A DNA stretch of 64,000 bases from Lama guanicoe (taxonomy: Eukaryota): contig MU054098.1 of NCBI GenBank assembly GCA_013239625.1, forward strand, positions 2,667,104-2,731,103. The letters are read 5' to 3'. Below the pieces are notes generated by a model. The model did not search any database. It had not been told where the DNA came from and saw only the letters and a list, made by a program, of their open reading frames with translations. A program made the translations under genes and the position numbers. This document shows, piece by piece, positions 11,150 through 25,205 of this stretch (positions are counted from its first letter, which is position 1; each line of letters starts with the position of its first letter).

Positions 11150-12380
11150 GATAGATAGATAAACAAGGGAATTAAAGGGCATGTTAGAAAATATATATCT
11201 AACACAAAAGAAATCTATAATGGAGGAATAGAGGAACAAAAAAGACATGCAACATATAGAAAATGGCAAAATATTAGATGTAAATCCTACTTTATCAGTA
11301 ACTACTTTAAATGTAACTAGATTAAACATTCCAAATAAAAGGCAGAGATTACCAGACTGTATAAGAAACACACATAATCCACTATATGCTGTCTACAGGA
11401 GACACACTTTAGATTCAAAGATACAAATAGACTGCAAGTAAAAGAGTGGGAAAAGGTATATGATACAAACAGTAACCAAAAGAGAGCTAAGTGGCTTTAC
11501 AAATATTAGACAAAATAGAATTTAAGACAAAATTTATTACTAGAGAATACAAAGGACATTTTATAATGATATAAGGGTGAATCCATCATGAAGATATAAC
11601 AATTATAAATGTATTTCCAACTAACTACAGAGCTAAAAATACTTGGAGCAAAAACTGACAAAATTGAAGGGAGAAATAGACAACTCAGTAATAACATTTG
11701 GAGAATTACACCACTTTCAGTGATGGACAGAACAAGACAGATGACCAGAAAGGAAATAGAAGACTCAAACAACACTATAAACTAACTAGACCTAATGGTC
11801 ATCTATCTACAGAACACACCACACAACAACAGCAGCATATACATCCTTCTGAACTGCACATGGAAAATTCTCCCGGATAGATTTTATGTTAGTCTATAAA
11901 ATAAGTCTCACTAAATTTTCAAAGAATTGAAATAATAAAAAGTATGCTCTGAAAACATACTTGGAATATAGGAGAATTAAATTAGAAATCAGTAGGGCAG
12001 AGGGTATAGCTCAGTGGTAGAGTGTGTGCTTAGCATGCATGAAGTCCTAGGTTCAATCCCCAGTACCTCCATTAAAAAATTAGAAATCAATAACACAATG
12101 AAATGTGGGAAACTCACACATAAATGGATAGTAGAGAAGACACTGCAAAATAACCACTGATTCAAAGAAGTCACAAGGGAAATAAGAAAATATTTGTGAT
12201 GAATGGAAGGGAGAGTACCATATATACCAAATTTGCTCAGAGGGAAATTTCTGACTGAAAATGTTTATATTAAAAAGGAAGTAAAATTTCAAATCAATAA
12301 CCTAAACTTCTACCTTTATGAAACTAGAAAAAGAACAGCAAACTAAACCCAAAGAAAGCAGAAAGGAAAAAAAATTAGTA
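11150..12380 (+). mobile_element. Old L1M fragment (inter-ORF region and ORF2 endonuclease)
   Basis: Decayed translation resembles the L1 ORF2 N-terminus (LSVTTLNVTRLNIPNKRQRL). Confidence 0.85.
11995..12076 (+). mobile_element. tRNA-Ala(AGC)-like short SINE or retrocopy (head-only Vic-1 type)
   Basis: Near-complete tRNA-Ala sequence with CpG decay and a short A tail; 16-bp TSD aaattagaaatca[g/a]ta at 11979-11994 and 12077-12092. Confidence 0.9.
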
Positions 12381-12399
12381 AATTGTTTAGTAGTAAAAT

Positions 12400-14720
12400 A
12401 TTTATAGATTTAGCCCTTACCTTTAAGTTGTGATTCATTTTCAGTTAATTTTTGTATATAGTGTGAAGGATCAAGGTTCTTTTCTCTCTTTTTTTTTTTT
12501 CTTGTGTAAGTCCAACTATTCCAAGTCAGTTTGTTGAAAACATTATCGTTTCCAAGTTGAATCGCCTTGACACCTTTCTTGGAAGTCAATTGCATATGTG
12601 CATGCAATTATGCATATGCCTGCATTTATATTTAGTCTATATTTAGACTTTCTTGTTTTGTTCCATTGATCTTCATGCCAATTTGTTCTTTCTCAAAATT
12701 AACGATTTTACATCTTTTGTATTTATATATAAATTTGAGAAGTGGCTTGTTAATTTCTTCAAAAATGCTAACTGAGATTTGAATTGAGACTGTAGGAAAT
12801 CTATAAATCGATTTGGAGAGAATCAACATCCAAACTATATTTAATAGTCTTCCAATGTATGAAATATGCTGTATCTCTATACTTACTTAGGTCTTCTTTA
12901 ATTTATCTCAATAATCCTTTATAGTTTTCAATGTAAATAACATGTATATTTTTGTCATGTTTATTCCTAAGTATTTTATATTTTAAATGATACTGTTTTA
13001 AAAAAATTATATTTCTCATTGTTCATTGCTACAGTATAGAAATACAACTGATTTGTGTCTGGTGCTGTTTGATAGATTTTTTTTCTCCTAATTGTGGGTC
13101 ATATTTTCCTGCTTCTTAGCATGTTTGATAAATTTTTATTAGATATCAAACATTGTGAATTTTACCTTGTTGGGTACTGAATATTTTTGTATTGTTACAA
13201 ATATTCTTGAGCTTTATTCTGGAAATAGTTTGATCCTATTGAGACTTGCTTTTAAGCTTTGTTAGGCAGGACCAAATCCACCATTTAGTCTAGAGCAATT
13301 CTGTACAATAAAAATTTTATGCAAGTCACAAATAATAACAAAAATAATATGTGCCACATATATTATTTTACATTTTCTATCAGCCACACTAGGATATAGT
13401 GAAAAGAGACTGGTAAAATTAATTTTAATTATATAGAAATATATTACATATATAATATACTATACTGATACAAAAAACAGAAAAAAACAGTGCAAGAAAA
13501 TGTAAAAACTGTACACCAATATCCTTCATGAACATAGATATGGAAATCATCAACAAAGTATAAGTGTATCAAATCTAACAATGTACAAAAAAACACACCA
13601 TCACCAAATGGAATTTATCACAGGAATGCAAAGTAACCCATTATATTAAGAGCCTAAACAAGAAAGACCCCATGATCGTATCAGTTGGTGCAGAAAAAGC
13701 ATTTGACAAACTTGAACATACACTAATGGTTTTTCTTTTAAAAAGGTCTTAGCAAACTCAAAATAGAATGTAACATCCACAACCTGTTCCACAAAACCTA
13801 CAGCTAACTCAATGGTGAAACACTGAAGACTTTCTAAGATCAGCAACAAAGTGTATCTGCTTTCAGTACACTTTAATGGAGATTCTAGACAGTACAATAA
13901 GGAAAGAAAAAACATTAAAGGTGTACAGATTGGAAAGAAAGAAATAAAACTGTCTTTTTTTGGAGCTGATATGATTCTGTATAAAGATGACCCTAAAGAA
14001 TCTATTAAAAAAAACTTCTTAAAAAAAATTAATTTAGCAAGGCCACAGAATACAAGGTCAATACACAAAAATCAATCATATACTAGCAATAAACAATTGG
14101 AAACTGAACATTTAAAGACCATACCATTGTAAATCGTTGCAAAGAAAATAAAATATTTAGGTATAAGCTTAACAAAATATGTATAAAATTTATACACTGA
14201 AAATTACAAAACATGGATAAAAGAAAAGACATTGTGTCAGTGTGTTTGTGGACTGGAAGACTCAACAGAATAAATATACTTTCACTCAGCATAAGGTTTT
14301 CAAAGTTCATCCATGTTGTAGCATGTATCAATACTTCATTCTTTTTTAAGGCTGGATGATATTCTTTATGTTCCTTTTTTCACTTAGAGGTTTTAGAAAT
14401 ATATGGACAAATGTATACACACATACAGATTTCTATATATAAAATGTTGATAGATCTACTATATTTTTAATACTTAAGTTATAAGCCATTTTGTAGATGT
14501 GACATCATTTATTTAACCAGTCTCCTACTGTTGGATAGATTGTTGACAACTGTTCTGCTATCATAAACTGCAGTTTTACAGTGACCAATCCTGTGCATAC
14601 AACTTTTTGCAAGTATACTGATAAGATAAATTTCTAATTGTGGGATTACCAGGTTGTAGGGTAAATGTAATTCCAATTTTTATAGCTATTGACAGATTGC
14701 CCTCTATAGAAGCAAATAGA
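12400..14720. mobile_element. Cluster of old L1M fragments in mixed orientation (about 12400-13290 on -, 13480-14275 on + with an RT-like region, 14275-14720 on -) with a MER3/MER33-like hAT at about 13290-13430
   Basis: ORF 13851..14132 (IKGVQIGKKEIKLSFFGADMILY) corresponds to the L1 RT FADD region. Confidence 0.75.
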
Positions 14721-14790
14721 ACCTTTAGAATGAGTCATGGGTGTATTTGCATTTTCTCATCAAAAATCCTTGAACTTCTCTCTTTCATAG

Positions 14791-15003
<213 letters not shown>

Positions 15004-15227
15004 TGAAAAATTGTTTCTTTTTAAACAAAACTGTTTTCTACCTTCCCTCCTTCGTGACATTCCCTGTCTTAAACATCATAAAACCACTCCAAACTATAGA
15101 TGCTTTGGGGGTTTGTCAGGTAGCAGCTCCTGTGTCATGTTCCAGTCCTAATATTTAGAAATACATTCAGGTGGATGTGCTGCTGGGAGACTGCTGATGT
15201 AACCTCTCTATCCATTTTCAATTACAG

Positions 15228-15269
15228 GAACGCCATGCTGACAGCCTGATACAGAATCAACATTACCAG
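15228..15269 (+). CDS. TRPC5: TRPC5 42-nt coding exon: ERHADSLIQNQHYQ
   Basis: ttacag|GAA ... CAG|gtaaag; 14 codons, phase 0-0, continuous with the flanking exons. Confidence 0.96.
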
Positions 15270-15299
15270 GTAAAGCTTCTTCATAGGGACTAAGCATAA

Positions 15300-15505
15300 T
15301 AGTTCTTGGTCAGTGTGTGACCTTGGACAAGTCACTTACTCTCACTGAGCCCCAGTTTTCTCATCTGTAATATAGGGATGATAAAATGTAACTCACAGTA
15401 TAAGAATTGAGTGGTGAGTATGTACATAGGATTGTGTGTGTGTGTGTGTCTGGGCACAGTGCCTGACATATTCCCTTAAGTAGTAGTGATCAACATAACC
15501 ATTAC
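15300..15505 (+). mobile_element. MIR SINE
   Basis: tgtgtgaccttggacaagtcacttactctcactgagccccagttttctcatctgtaatataggg. Confidence 0.85.
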
Positions 15506-16105
15506 TAACACAAAGCATAGTGGCCATGTGTATACCATTCCCAGGAGGCTAAGTAAAAAGAGGCCATCCCTGTAAAGGAGAAGTGTAGATTGACTCTAAG
15601 AAGTATCTCGACTACATAATTAGCGGACATCAAAATCAGAACACTTTGTGACACTGAAAAATTACTTTCTCAACTATATTTTTACCGAAGTATAATCAGT
15701 TTACAATGTTGTGTCAATTCAACTTAATAAAAGGAAGAAAAATTCTCATCTTATTAGGAGGGTTAAAGTTTAATCCAGCCTGAAGGGAAAGGATATTGAC
15801 TGTGACCAGTCAAGGATTATTCCGCTCTCATTATTCTATGAATGTGAATCTGTTTACCTTATGCTTGGGTGGGAACTTTTCATTTCGGATGAATTTGATC
15901 TTACTGGCCCACTCTGCCACCAAATTTGGACACGTAATTCATTTAGCCAATGAACTTAATTGAGGGTTTTTGTAGAAAAAGGCCAGATTCTGCGAGGAAT
16001 TTCCATTGCAACGACAGTCTAGGCAAATTTTATTTCCTGTGTGTGTTTCTTATTTTACTGAGAGCCCAAGAAGGAAACTGAATGCCTCTTCATGTTTTTT
16101 TCTAA

Positions 16106-16207
<102 letters not shown>

Positions 16208-16624
16208 TAATCATGTAGTGGTTTAATTTCTCATTTCACATTTCTTAAGTATCATTTAAACTTCACAGTGTTTGAGGTTTCTGGTGCTAGAACTTCAACT
16301 GTCTGTAATACAGCAACGCAGCTACAATTCTTATTCTCGTAGAACAGTCTGTCATCCAGTGGATGGAGAAATTTTACCAAGGTCTGTCACACCAAAATCA
16401 GCTTTATTAATAATGAATAATAAAAATATGCATTCTTTTAACATTCTGGGTGTTTCTCAGTGTGAGAATTGAGTGCTTTAAATGATGTGGCAAGGATGTG
16501 TGATGAGAAGAAAGATAGCAAAGCGAAGATGCCTGGGGATTTAAAGGTCTTCTTCATTTAAAAGATATAAGATAGGCAGAAAATCCATTATTAAATCTAA
16601 GATTTATGAAACTCTACCATTACA

Positions 16625-16775
16625 CATTTTTGGTTGTCACTCTGGGATGTGTGTGCTATTGGCATCTAGTGAATAGAGACCAGGGTTGTTGTTAAAACTC
16701 CTACAATGCACAGGACAGCCCCCTACAACAAATAATTACCAACCTCAACGTGTCAATTGGTTGAGAAACCCTATC
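16625..16775 (+). mobile_element. MER20 hAT-Charlie fragment
   Basis: catttttggttgtcac...attggcatctagtgaatagagaccaggg...cctacaatgcacaggacagcccc...ggttgagaaaccct. Confidence 0.85.
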
Positions 16776-16824
16776 CTAGAACACATATATATTTTCTAAG
16801 GAACATAGGAATGCTGTTATCCTA

Positions 16825-17340
16825 ATCCACAGACATAAATCATCTATTGAGGGCCTGCTATATGCCAAACACTCTGCTGGATGCTGGGGCATAGTCATGA
16901 GCAAGATATAAGCAGCCCCTCCCTACTCTCACACAATAATACAGAGGGTGACAAATGACTGAGTATCCTAACAGAGTCAACACAGGGTGCTATGGAGACA
17001 CAAAGATGGCAGACACTCAACTAGGACTTGGGGATTCAGGGCAAGCTTTCCAGAGGAAGCAATCTTTAAGCTGAGGCTTGAAGGAGGGTTCAGATAAAGG
17101 AGAGTTGGGGAGAATTGTGTTCAAGACACAGAGAACAGCACATGCAAAAGCCCAGAGGCAAGAGAGAATATGTCGATACAGGTGGACAGTAGAGCACTTG
17201 GAGAAAGAGTAGGAAGAAATGGGAGAGATTGACAGGTACCAGGCCTTGAAGAGCCCTGTAGTCTATGGTCAGTGATAAGTTACTAAAGAGTGTTAAGCAG
17301 GGAATCAGATTTAAGCTTCTAAAAAGATGGTTTTTAAAAG
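16825..17340 (-). mobile_element. L2 fragment
   Basis: tattgagggcctgctatatgccaaacactctgctggatgctgggg...ttccagaggaagcaatctttaagctgagg. Confidence 0.8.
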
Positions 17341-17820
17341 CACAATCTAGTATTTAGGTAACCGGTTAGAGATAGAGGACATTTCACAGGGACCTGAATA
17401 AATATGTCTCAAAACAGCTGTCTCATCACCTGATACTCCACTTCCCTAGTGTTATTCCTGAGAGTCCTAAAAGCTTTGTCCTCTTCAGTAGTACTTTTAT
17501 ATGCAGATGCCTATGAAAGCCAATACCCTAATCTAATACCTTAATTGTTAGTAACACGCTAGTCTGTCGGCGAACTCCTAATGGGGAAGTTCTGACATCA
17601 ACTTTACCAATTGCACGTTTTTTCCAATGGCCAGCTCTGCCCGCAGAATTGTTAATATGTTTCTCTTGTACTGGGAGTAATGTGAGATTTTTCTGGTAGT
17701 TTATGTACTTTGTGATTTGCTGTGAAGCAAAACCTGGAACATTCTACAGGGTATCCAGTGTGCCTGTTATGAACTAAAGGCCCAACTTCTTAACGTAACG
17801 TGTCTTCTCTCTTGCCCTAG

Positions 17821-18516
17821 GAATTAAAGCAAGACATCTCCAGCTTTCGCTATGAAGTGCTTGACCTCTTGGGAAATAGGAAGCACCCCAGGAGAAGTTT
17901 TTCCACTAGCAGCACTGAACTCTCCTCTCAGAGGGATGATACCAATGATGGCAGTGGTGGGGCTCGGGCTAAATCCAAGAGTGTCTCTTTCAATTTAGGC
18001 TGCAAGAAAAAAGCCTGTCACGGGCCACCTCTCATCAGGACCATGCCAAGAGTTGGCGGTGCCCAAGGGAAGTCAAAAGCTGAGCCATCAAGCAAACGCT
18101 CCTTCATGGGTCCCTCTCTCAAGAAACTGGGTCTCCTATTCTCCAAGTTTAATGGTCATATGTCTGAACCCAGTTCAGAGCCAATGTACACCATTTCTGA
18201 TGGAATCGTTCAGCAGCACTATATGTGGCAGGACATCAGATATTCTCAGATGGAGAAAGGGAAAGCAGAGGCCTGTTCTCAAAGTGAAATTAACCTCAGT
18301 GAGGTAGAATTAGGTGAAGCCCGGGGCGCTGCTCAGAGCAGTGAATGCCCTCTAGCCTGTTCCAGCTCTCTTCACTGCGCATCCAGCATCTGCTCCTCAA
18401 ATTCTAAACTTTTAGACTCCTCAGAGGATGTATTTGAAACTTGGGGAGAGGCTTGTGACCTGCTCATGCACAAATGGGGTGATGGACAGGAAGAACAAGT
18501 TACAACTCGGCTCTAA
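17821..18516 (+). CDS. TRPC5: TRPC5 terminal coding exon: [18 protein letters not shown]...[10 protein letters not shown]
   Basis: Polypyrimidine tract and ccctag|GAA acceptor; coiled-coil [13 protein letters not shown]-terminal PDZ-binding VTTRL; TAA stop; matches ORF 17857..18516. Confidence 0.99.
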   Translation, partial: ELKQDISSFRYEVLDLLGNRKHPRRSFSTSSTELSSQRDDTNDGSGGARAKSKSVSFNLGCKKKACHGPPLIRTMPRVGGAQGKSKAEPSSKRSFMGPSLKKLGLLFSKFNGHMSEPSSEPMYTISDGIVQQHYMWQDIRYSQMEKGKAEACSQSEINLSEVELGEARGAAQSSECPLACSSSLHCASSICSSNSKLLDSSEDVFETWGEACDLLMHKWGDGQEEQVTTRL

Positions 18517-18679
18517 GTCAAGCCGTTATCACCTATTCTGGAACTCAGAAAATTTCTAATTTCTTTGCTCTCAGAGGTGACATAGAATATGATTCCCTCA
18601 CTGCCCCGCCCCCAGAAAGGAGAGTGAAACTCCTATTACTTTCACCGTCTTTTATAGCCACATTCTTCATTTTTGGTTC

Positions 18680-18682
<3 letters not shown>

Positions 18683-18760
<78 letters not shown>

Positions 18761-18765
18761 TTATT
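18683..18765. repeat. Compound (ATT)n(ACT)n trinucleotide microsatellite in the proximal TRPC5 3'UTR
   Basis: Directly visible; two uninterrupted adjoining runs. Confidence 0.97.
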
Positions 18766-21184
18766 TGCCTTTTTATACCTATAAATACTAAGTCCATTTC
18801 ACAACCAACTGAAGGGGTGTTTGCGCCTAATCAGCAGAGGTGCAGTCGGGTGCTTAACCCTTTGGCTTTGCTTTTCTTACCCTTGCTTCCTTGAAGCTCC
18901 AGGTGCCACTTTGCTACTGCTGCTGCCGCACAGATTCCTGACCTTCCTCAGGATCTCACACCATTTCCCCACAGGGCTGAGAGATGAGCTCAGCAGTCCC
19001 CACCAGCTATTAGATAAGGCAAACTAACCTGCCTCTCTTTGTTGCCCTTCAGTGCTCCATGCTGCCCATTCTGGTTCAATGAACAGCATCTAAGGGAGAC
19101 TGAATAGACTCCAAAGAATTGTCAGCTTGTGGCTTCTAGGTATAACTGGCCTTCATGTTGTTTTTGTTTCTAAACACTACAACTTCTCCTTATTGTGGGG
19201 GCTGTTGAATTTTTGTTTCTGAAATATGTTACCTTCCTAATGTGTGCCAATGAATATTTACCCCATAGTATATGTCGTATCTAATAAGTTAGTGAATTCC
19301 TTTCCTGTGTTTGTGTATTTCAGTTAGCTGACTACATTTTAAAATTTGATAGCATCAAGATTAGTATTTAGGATATGTACTGTTTTTAAAAACTTCTATT
19401 GCACTCTAGCCAATAGTCACTACATCTCATATATTGGCAAGAAAAAATAATTAGCTGGTATATTTATAGGGTCCTATCTACTGTTGATAGTTTTAATCAT
19501 TGCTATCAAGAGCATTTCTAAGATAAAAGCCTGGATTTGAAAATATTTTTTATCAGAAAAATGATATCTTGTTGAGGTATTGGAATCTGAAAACAGCATC
19601 TTCATTTTAATTAATTGCTTTCTGATAAAACAACAATAAAACAATTTTAGGTCTAGATAACCTGATTCACGTTGCAGTTTTAATATTCACTGGGGGCAGT
19701 GGAACTGCATGTGTAAACTTATGTTAGATATATAACAACCCTAGTGAATTCATGGAACTATAAACATGATCCAAATCCTACTGTCTTCAAAGAAAACTGA
19801 ATCTAGACATCCAAACAAATTATTTTCCACAGCTTAAGACTGCCTCATCAGAATACAAAGGTGAAGGTTAAAAAATGAAGTCCCTAATGCATATGGCCAT
19901 CATGTCAGACCTGGTAACCACCGAGCAATAACATACTGAAAGGGGTGGTTTTTACCAGAGTTAGCACAAAGATATGTACAACTTACACTGTACCATATAA
20001 CATGAAATAGCCCATGGTCTGGGTTCTGAAGATTAATGTGTAGCTCAAAAAAGTGAGATTTAGTTAGTTATCACCCTGTTCTTACAAATGTCAGCAGTAA
20101 TAGAAAACCATCTAAATTCACAGGTATACTTCCTGGCAAAACTAAGTGAAATGAATTATTTTCAAACAATGCTAATATGCCTCCAAAATAGTTTTTGACA
20201 GTGTAGTTTCTGTTCTTTGAATTGATTCCCATTTCCAGCACTAGCTTCAGTGACTGATGGTCAAAATATCCCACCTGAAAAAGACACAAACTGGGGGTGA
20301 GGAGGAACAAAGCTCACATCCATGAAGAAGTGATCAAGAGAACAAGGTGCATCAAGAGCCATTTGGCAAGAGAGTGTCACAAGATAATGCCTTGATTATA
20401 TCTGAAGTGATCATTTACTCAAATCCAACTTCTCTCCTGCTTCGCTAAGTGGGACTATCATAAATGGCCCTGATATCAGTAACAGGTTACTTTCCAGAAG
20501 GAAGGTTTCTAAAGTTAGACTCAAACTTCCCAACTGTGAAATTCACTTTGAATAATAAATAGCACCCAGGCTACATTCCTAACTCACACTGATGGCACCA
20601 AAAACCAATACATGGCCTTATTTCATCAAAAGAAAAAGATATCTTTCTCACAAACGCATGTGCTTGTGATGGCCTAGGTCTAATTGTTCTGGCAGTTACT
20701 TTACCAATTTGTCAGAAAACAAGGGTAGCCAGACATAGAGCCATGCTCCAAAATACAGTTTACTCTAAATTATCTTCTAAAGAGAGAATATGTGTAAATC
20801 ACAATAGCCAATCTCTACTACTAAAAGAAACCAGTGTCGTATTTCGTGGGCATTACATTCTTTTCCAGATTTTCTCAGGGTTATTGTCTTTGTGATTTGG
20901 GCTTAAGACTTCACTAGCTATGCTGAGGCCTAGCTCTGTTGAGGACTGAGGCCATTTAGCTGTTAAAGCCAATCAGCTATTGTTCTAACTTCCATGATGG
21001 TGACACCAACATTTTTATTAACTGTAACTAGCAGAAAGTAGGAAGGGAAAACGATTTGTGTTCACCTCTCTACTCTCTGGATCAGCTACTATCAGGAAAG
21101 GTATTTCAAATCAAATGCTTAAGTATGTCCTCTGACCCCAAAGAAGGTATAAGCCAACTTGAGGGTAAACTTATAAACATAAAA

Positions 21185-21330
21185 CGTTAGAGGTAATAGA
21201 GAACCTTAGTGAGGATCTACTCGATTCCAACCTCATATTTTACAAATAGAAAAAAAAAGGCCCAGAAAAAGATAATGACTTGCTCAAGGTCACAGAGCCA
21301 GTCAATAAACCCAAATTTTCTAGATCATAG
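21185..21330 (-). mobile_element. MIR fragment
   Basis: cctcatattttacaaatag...aggcccaga...atgacttgctcaaggtcacagagccagt. Confidence 0.7.
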
Positions 21331-24300
21331 AAATGGCAGCATTAAGTACATATTGTTATATGTAGATATGGAAATTGAATGGCCACAATAGATACCTTTT
21401 TGTCCATTTGCCCAAAATGCCATAACTGCACAAATTTCAGACTGGCATGTTTAAATGTAAAGTAAAAAATGTACTCCAAACTCAAATATAAATGGTAACA
21501 AGTATCACTTACTGTTTAAGTATCCATACCATGCTTCACCTCTGTTACAGCTGACTTTCTTATCACTTCTGGACACCTGTATTTACTTAATTACATTAAG
21601 TTTCCCTGATAACTAGTAAGGGTAAAAATATCACAAAGAAAATATCAGTTATATTAGAAAATGGGCATTGTTAAAATAAATTCGCCATTTCAGGCTTTAA
21701 GTCTAGCGGCGTACAAAGATAAAGAAAAGATTCCAAATTCAAAGTCATCATTTTTGGAAGATACCAAATTTTACAGGGATATAAATGCTCCAAGTCATAC
21801 TTCTGTTCTCTTACATAGAAATATTGAAAATTTTCCAGTTCTTTCTGCCTCTAATAGTCATTTTCCATTCCACTGTGACCTAATTTATGCTATTTCAGCT
21901 AAGTCCAAAACATCTAAACATCCGCCTGCAATTTGACTAAAGATTAAAAAAAAAAACTACAGCCTCTACCTTTTGAATGACTTAAAAATAAACAAATATG
22001 TTTCCATTAAGAACTTTATAGTTCCTATGGCAGTGCAAAACCTCCCCCTGCAAATTTCATTGAGAATTTCAGTGAAAAATATGAGTTGACCCTTTAGCCA
22101 GAAAATATAAATAACCATTTGACATTCCTATTGCCTTGTGGGTGAGACTCAGGTACTGTTCTGACTAACAGTTTATGTGGCCCAGACTTTGGTTTGTTAA
22201 ACCATCAGGTAAAAAGTACCTGCAGTTTGGCAGACATTTTTTCTTGTTTAAAAGTACACAAGAAAAATCAGTCATATTATTTTCGTAATCAAGTTTCCAG
22301 AACAGTGTTACTAAACAGATTGCTTGTTATAAACATAACCAATATAAGTTGATGTGATAGTTTGGATCACTTAAATAAGCTCTCCATACCTACTTGTCAG
22401 CTCCTCCCAACCTCAAACCCTGTGGCTGTGCCTCAAACCTATAGGTATTTTAGATTGTTTCTTAGGCTTGCTTTATCTAGATAATTGTTCCAAATATCCA
22501 CTTTGTTGGTTGTAGAGCTAGCCATTGGGAACCAAGTACCCCAATTCAACATGAGCATTACTTTAGTACAGAGAAGTGTTGTTTCTACTGTGTCTCCAAT
22601 GACCCTTTCCATCACTTTTTCCAACAGATGTGAGCTTTGGCTTGCATTGCTTTTCGGGGATGTTTGTAAAAGTTAGAAACTTGTCTGTGTACACACACAT
22701 GCGCGCGCAATGAGAGTTAATAGTATTTGATTGATCTGACTTGGCCCTTCATCCCTTTTGGTAATTACTAAATCATTTGAAAAGAAGGGGGAAGAGGAAA
22801 AACTTCAATGGAAAGAAACTTCCTGATATGTAGTTAGGCATTGCTGCAATGAACTGCTCTAGTACAACTGTTAATACTGAGAGCTCTCAGGATTTGGGGT
22901 TTCTGGTTTGAAGAAAAAATTAAGCTTGTAAGTCAGAAGAAAAAAACCTACCTGTAAAAATAAAAATACACATTTTGGTGAATTAAGTAAGTCTGCATAT
23001 TTCAGATTTATTGCATACTTGGGACGTTACTATTCCTATATCGGTATGTGGCCTAGGATTTCCATCTATCTGCTGCATAGTGGTCCAGACAAGATGCTGG
23101 TAGGCAATTTAGAGAGCTTTACTTTTAGAAGTTGAATGTTCATTAAGAAACAAAGGAATTAACTGCTGGAATGATACAGGCAGCAGGCCAGGGTGCTCTA
23201 GCATTTTTAAGCTCAGTATTTGTTTTATTCCCACTCTAGAGTGGATCTGTATCTTATCCTTGTTAGTTTATTGGCTCTAAGTTGTGGTCTTTCTTTTTCT
23301 GAAGATATATCATCAGTGTTTGTGGTAGTCGACAGACATGTACATATTAAGAATTATTAATGCTTAAATATGAAATTAAGTGGAATGCCATTTTGCCAAA
23401 AGCTTCTTACCTGATGTGAAAGTTGTGAAAACTCTGTAGAAACTTCCTGTCGCTACACAAATGAAAGGCAATTTCTGTAGTAACAAAAAGAGCCTGCAAC
23501 TTCTGGCCATTGTAATCAACCTTCATAAATCCATGATTGTAGCTCACATCTGCCCTAACCTCATCACTCACCCTCAAAAAGGAAAGCCTTCTTTACAACT
23601 CCAGATGACCTGATAGAGCCAAAAAAGACTACATGAAGAATGGCTTGCAGTGTGAAGGCCAATTTCATCAACGTTCAGAATATTTTGCCCTTTGAATTTA
23701 TTGATGAGCAGGTTCCAGGACAACTAACATCCCAGTAGCTGCACTTCAACACACGCACACACATATATACTAAGACATTATCCTTGGTGGTAGTGTGCCT
23801 TTTATTTTAGCCTAAGGTGGTCAACCACGTGCAAGTACAGTTGAGCTGGGCTTGGCCATTTTATGTTTTTCCCCACAAAGTTCAATATATCCCAGAATAC
23901 TCATTGCCATCGATTGCCTTCCAACCTAGAAACTCTCTTGATGGTTCTCTTATCTTACACAACCGTTAAAACTTACCCTTGGCTGACAAGACAAAAAATG
24001 AGGCTTTGGATTTTTATGGGGAGTGCTTGAGGTACTTAGATGGTGATGGTAAAGAAACAGATAGAAAAGCTTTCAAAGTAAGGACCAGTATGAATAAGCA
24101 CTTTATAAAACAGGGCTAAATCACCACACTGTCAAACTTTTCAGATGACCAAATTGAGGTGGAGTTCCATGATTAAAAAAAAAAGGAGTTTCTGGATTAA
24201 AACATTAACATCATCATTTTCTCCCTCAACAAAATTCAGAAGTCCAGCAGTATATGAAACCTAGCTCTGAACAAACTGTAAAACATTGTTCAAAGGCTAA

Positions 24301-25047
24301 TGAGTTATATTCAGGTTGAATTTCAGATCATAGCATGTTCTTACCTAGTGATCACTGTATTCCTAAAGTCAACACATCAGATCCATAGTAAGGTTACATT
24401 TTAAACTGTGCAATATAATTGATTGGCTTTTATAAATATACATACATGACCAATTACTGAAAGGGTTGAGTTTTTCAAATTTTACCTAAGAAATAAAATG
24501 AATTTGCCAAAACTACGTAAGAGAACTAAAAGGTAAAAGGGGGGAGACTGGTATGGAAGAAATTTAGATTCTTTATCTGTCATACTTTTAGCCTCATAAA
24601 TTTGGAATAAACATGAAGTGAGATTATAAAATGAGACTGATATTTTCATAAACATGGCAGCATTAATGTGCCCAAATGAATGCTGTTCTTCATAGTAGTC
24701 ACCTTAAGCTGTGCCCATATTCAAATGCTGACATTACTCTTACTCAAACCATTGGGGACTTTCGCTTTTGGGATTTGGTTCAAAATCCACAAAACAACTT
24801 CTGAATATCCCCAATGTTAGAAAATCATAATCCTATAAAATTCTTAGAAATAGTCAAAACTAATTTAGATCTATATTTGGTTAAAAAAATTGGTTGACCA
24901 AGCTGAGTTCTACTTTTTCTTGTAAAAAATATTCTTCAAGTGCTGTCACACAATAGGCACTTTGACAGGGACAATTATAAAATAACAATTTCTTGTGGGG
25001 TTTTGTGAAGTGACCTGAAAATGCTCTTCGGAGTTCGCTTTTTTCCT

Positions 25048-25205
25048 TATCAACTTTATTGAGGAATAATTTGTATACAATTACCTGCATCCACTTAAAG
25101 TGCACTATTTTGAGTTTGCACAGTTGTATACATCCCTAGAACCATCTCCAAAATCAAGATGTAAAAAGTTCTGTCACCCCTAAAAGAGTCCTTGTTCCTC
25201 TTTGC
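25048..25205 (-). mobile_element. L1M 3' end fragment
   Basis: caactttattgaggaataatttgtatacaa...tgcatccacttaaagtgcac...aatcaagatgtaaaa. Confidence 0.75.

Noticed and set aside
11998..12071. Functional tRNA-Ala gene
   Set aside because: CpG-decayed stems and B box, an A tail instead of a T terminator, a TSD, and insertion inside an L1 all indicate a retroposed copy.
1..14790. Further upstream TRPC5 exons (pore/S6)
   Set aside because: No LFW or LLNMLIAMM coding sequence was found, so this is all one intron whose upstream exon lies outside the window.
18673..18894. Poly-Ile/poly-Thr ORF
   Set aside because: It is just the translation of the (ATT)n(ACT)n microsatellite.
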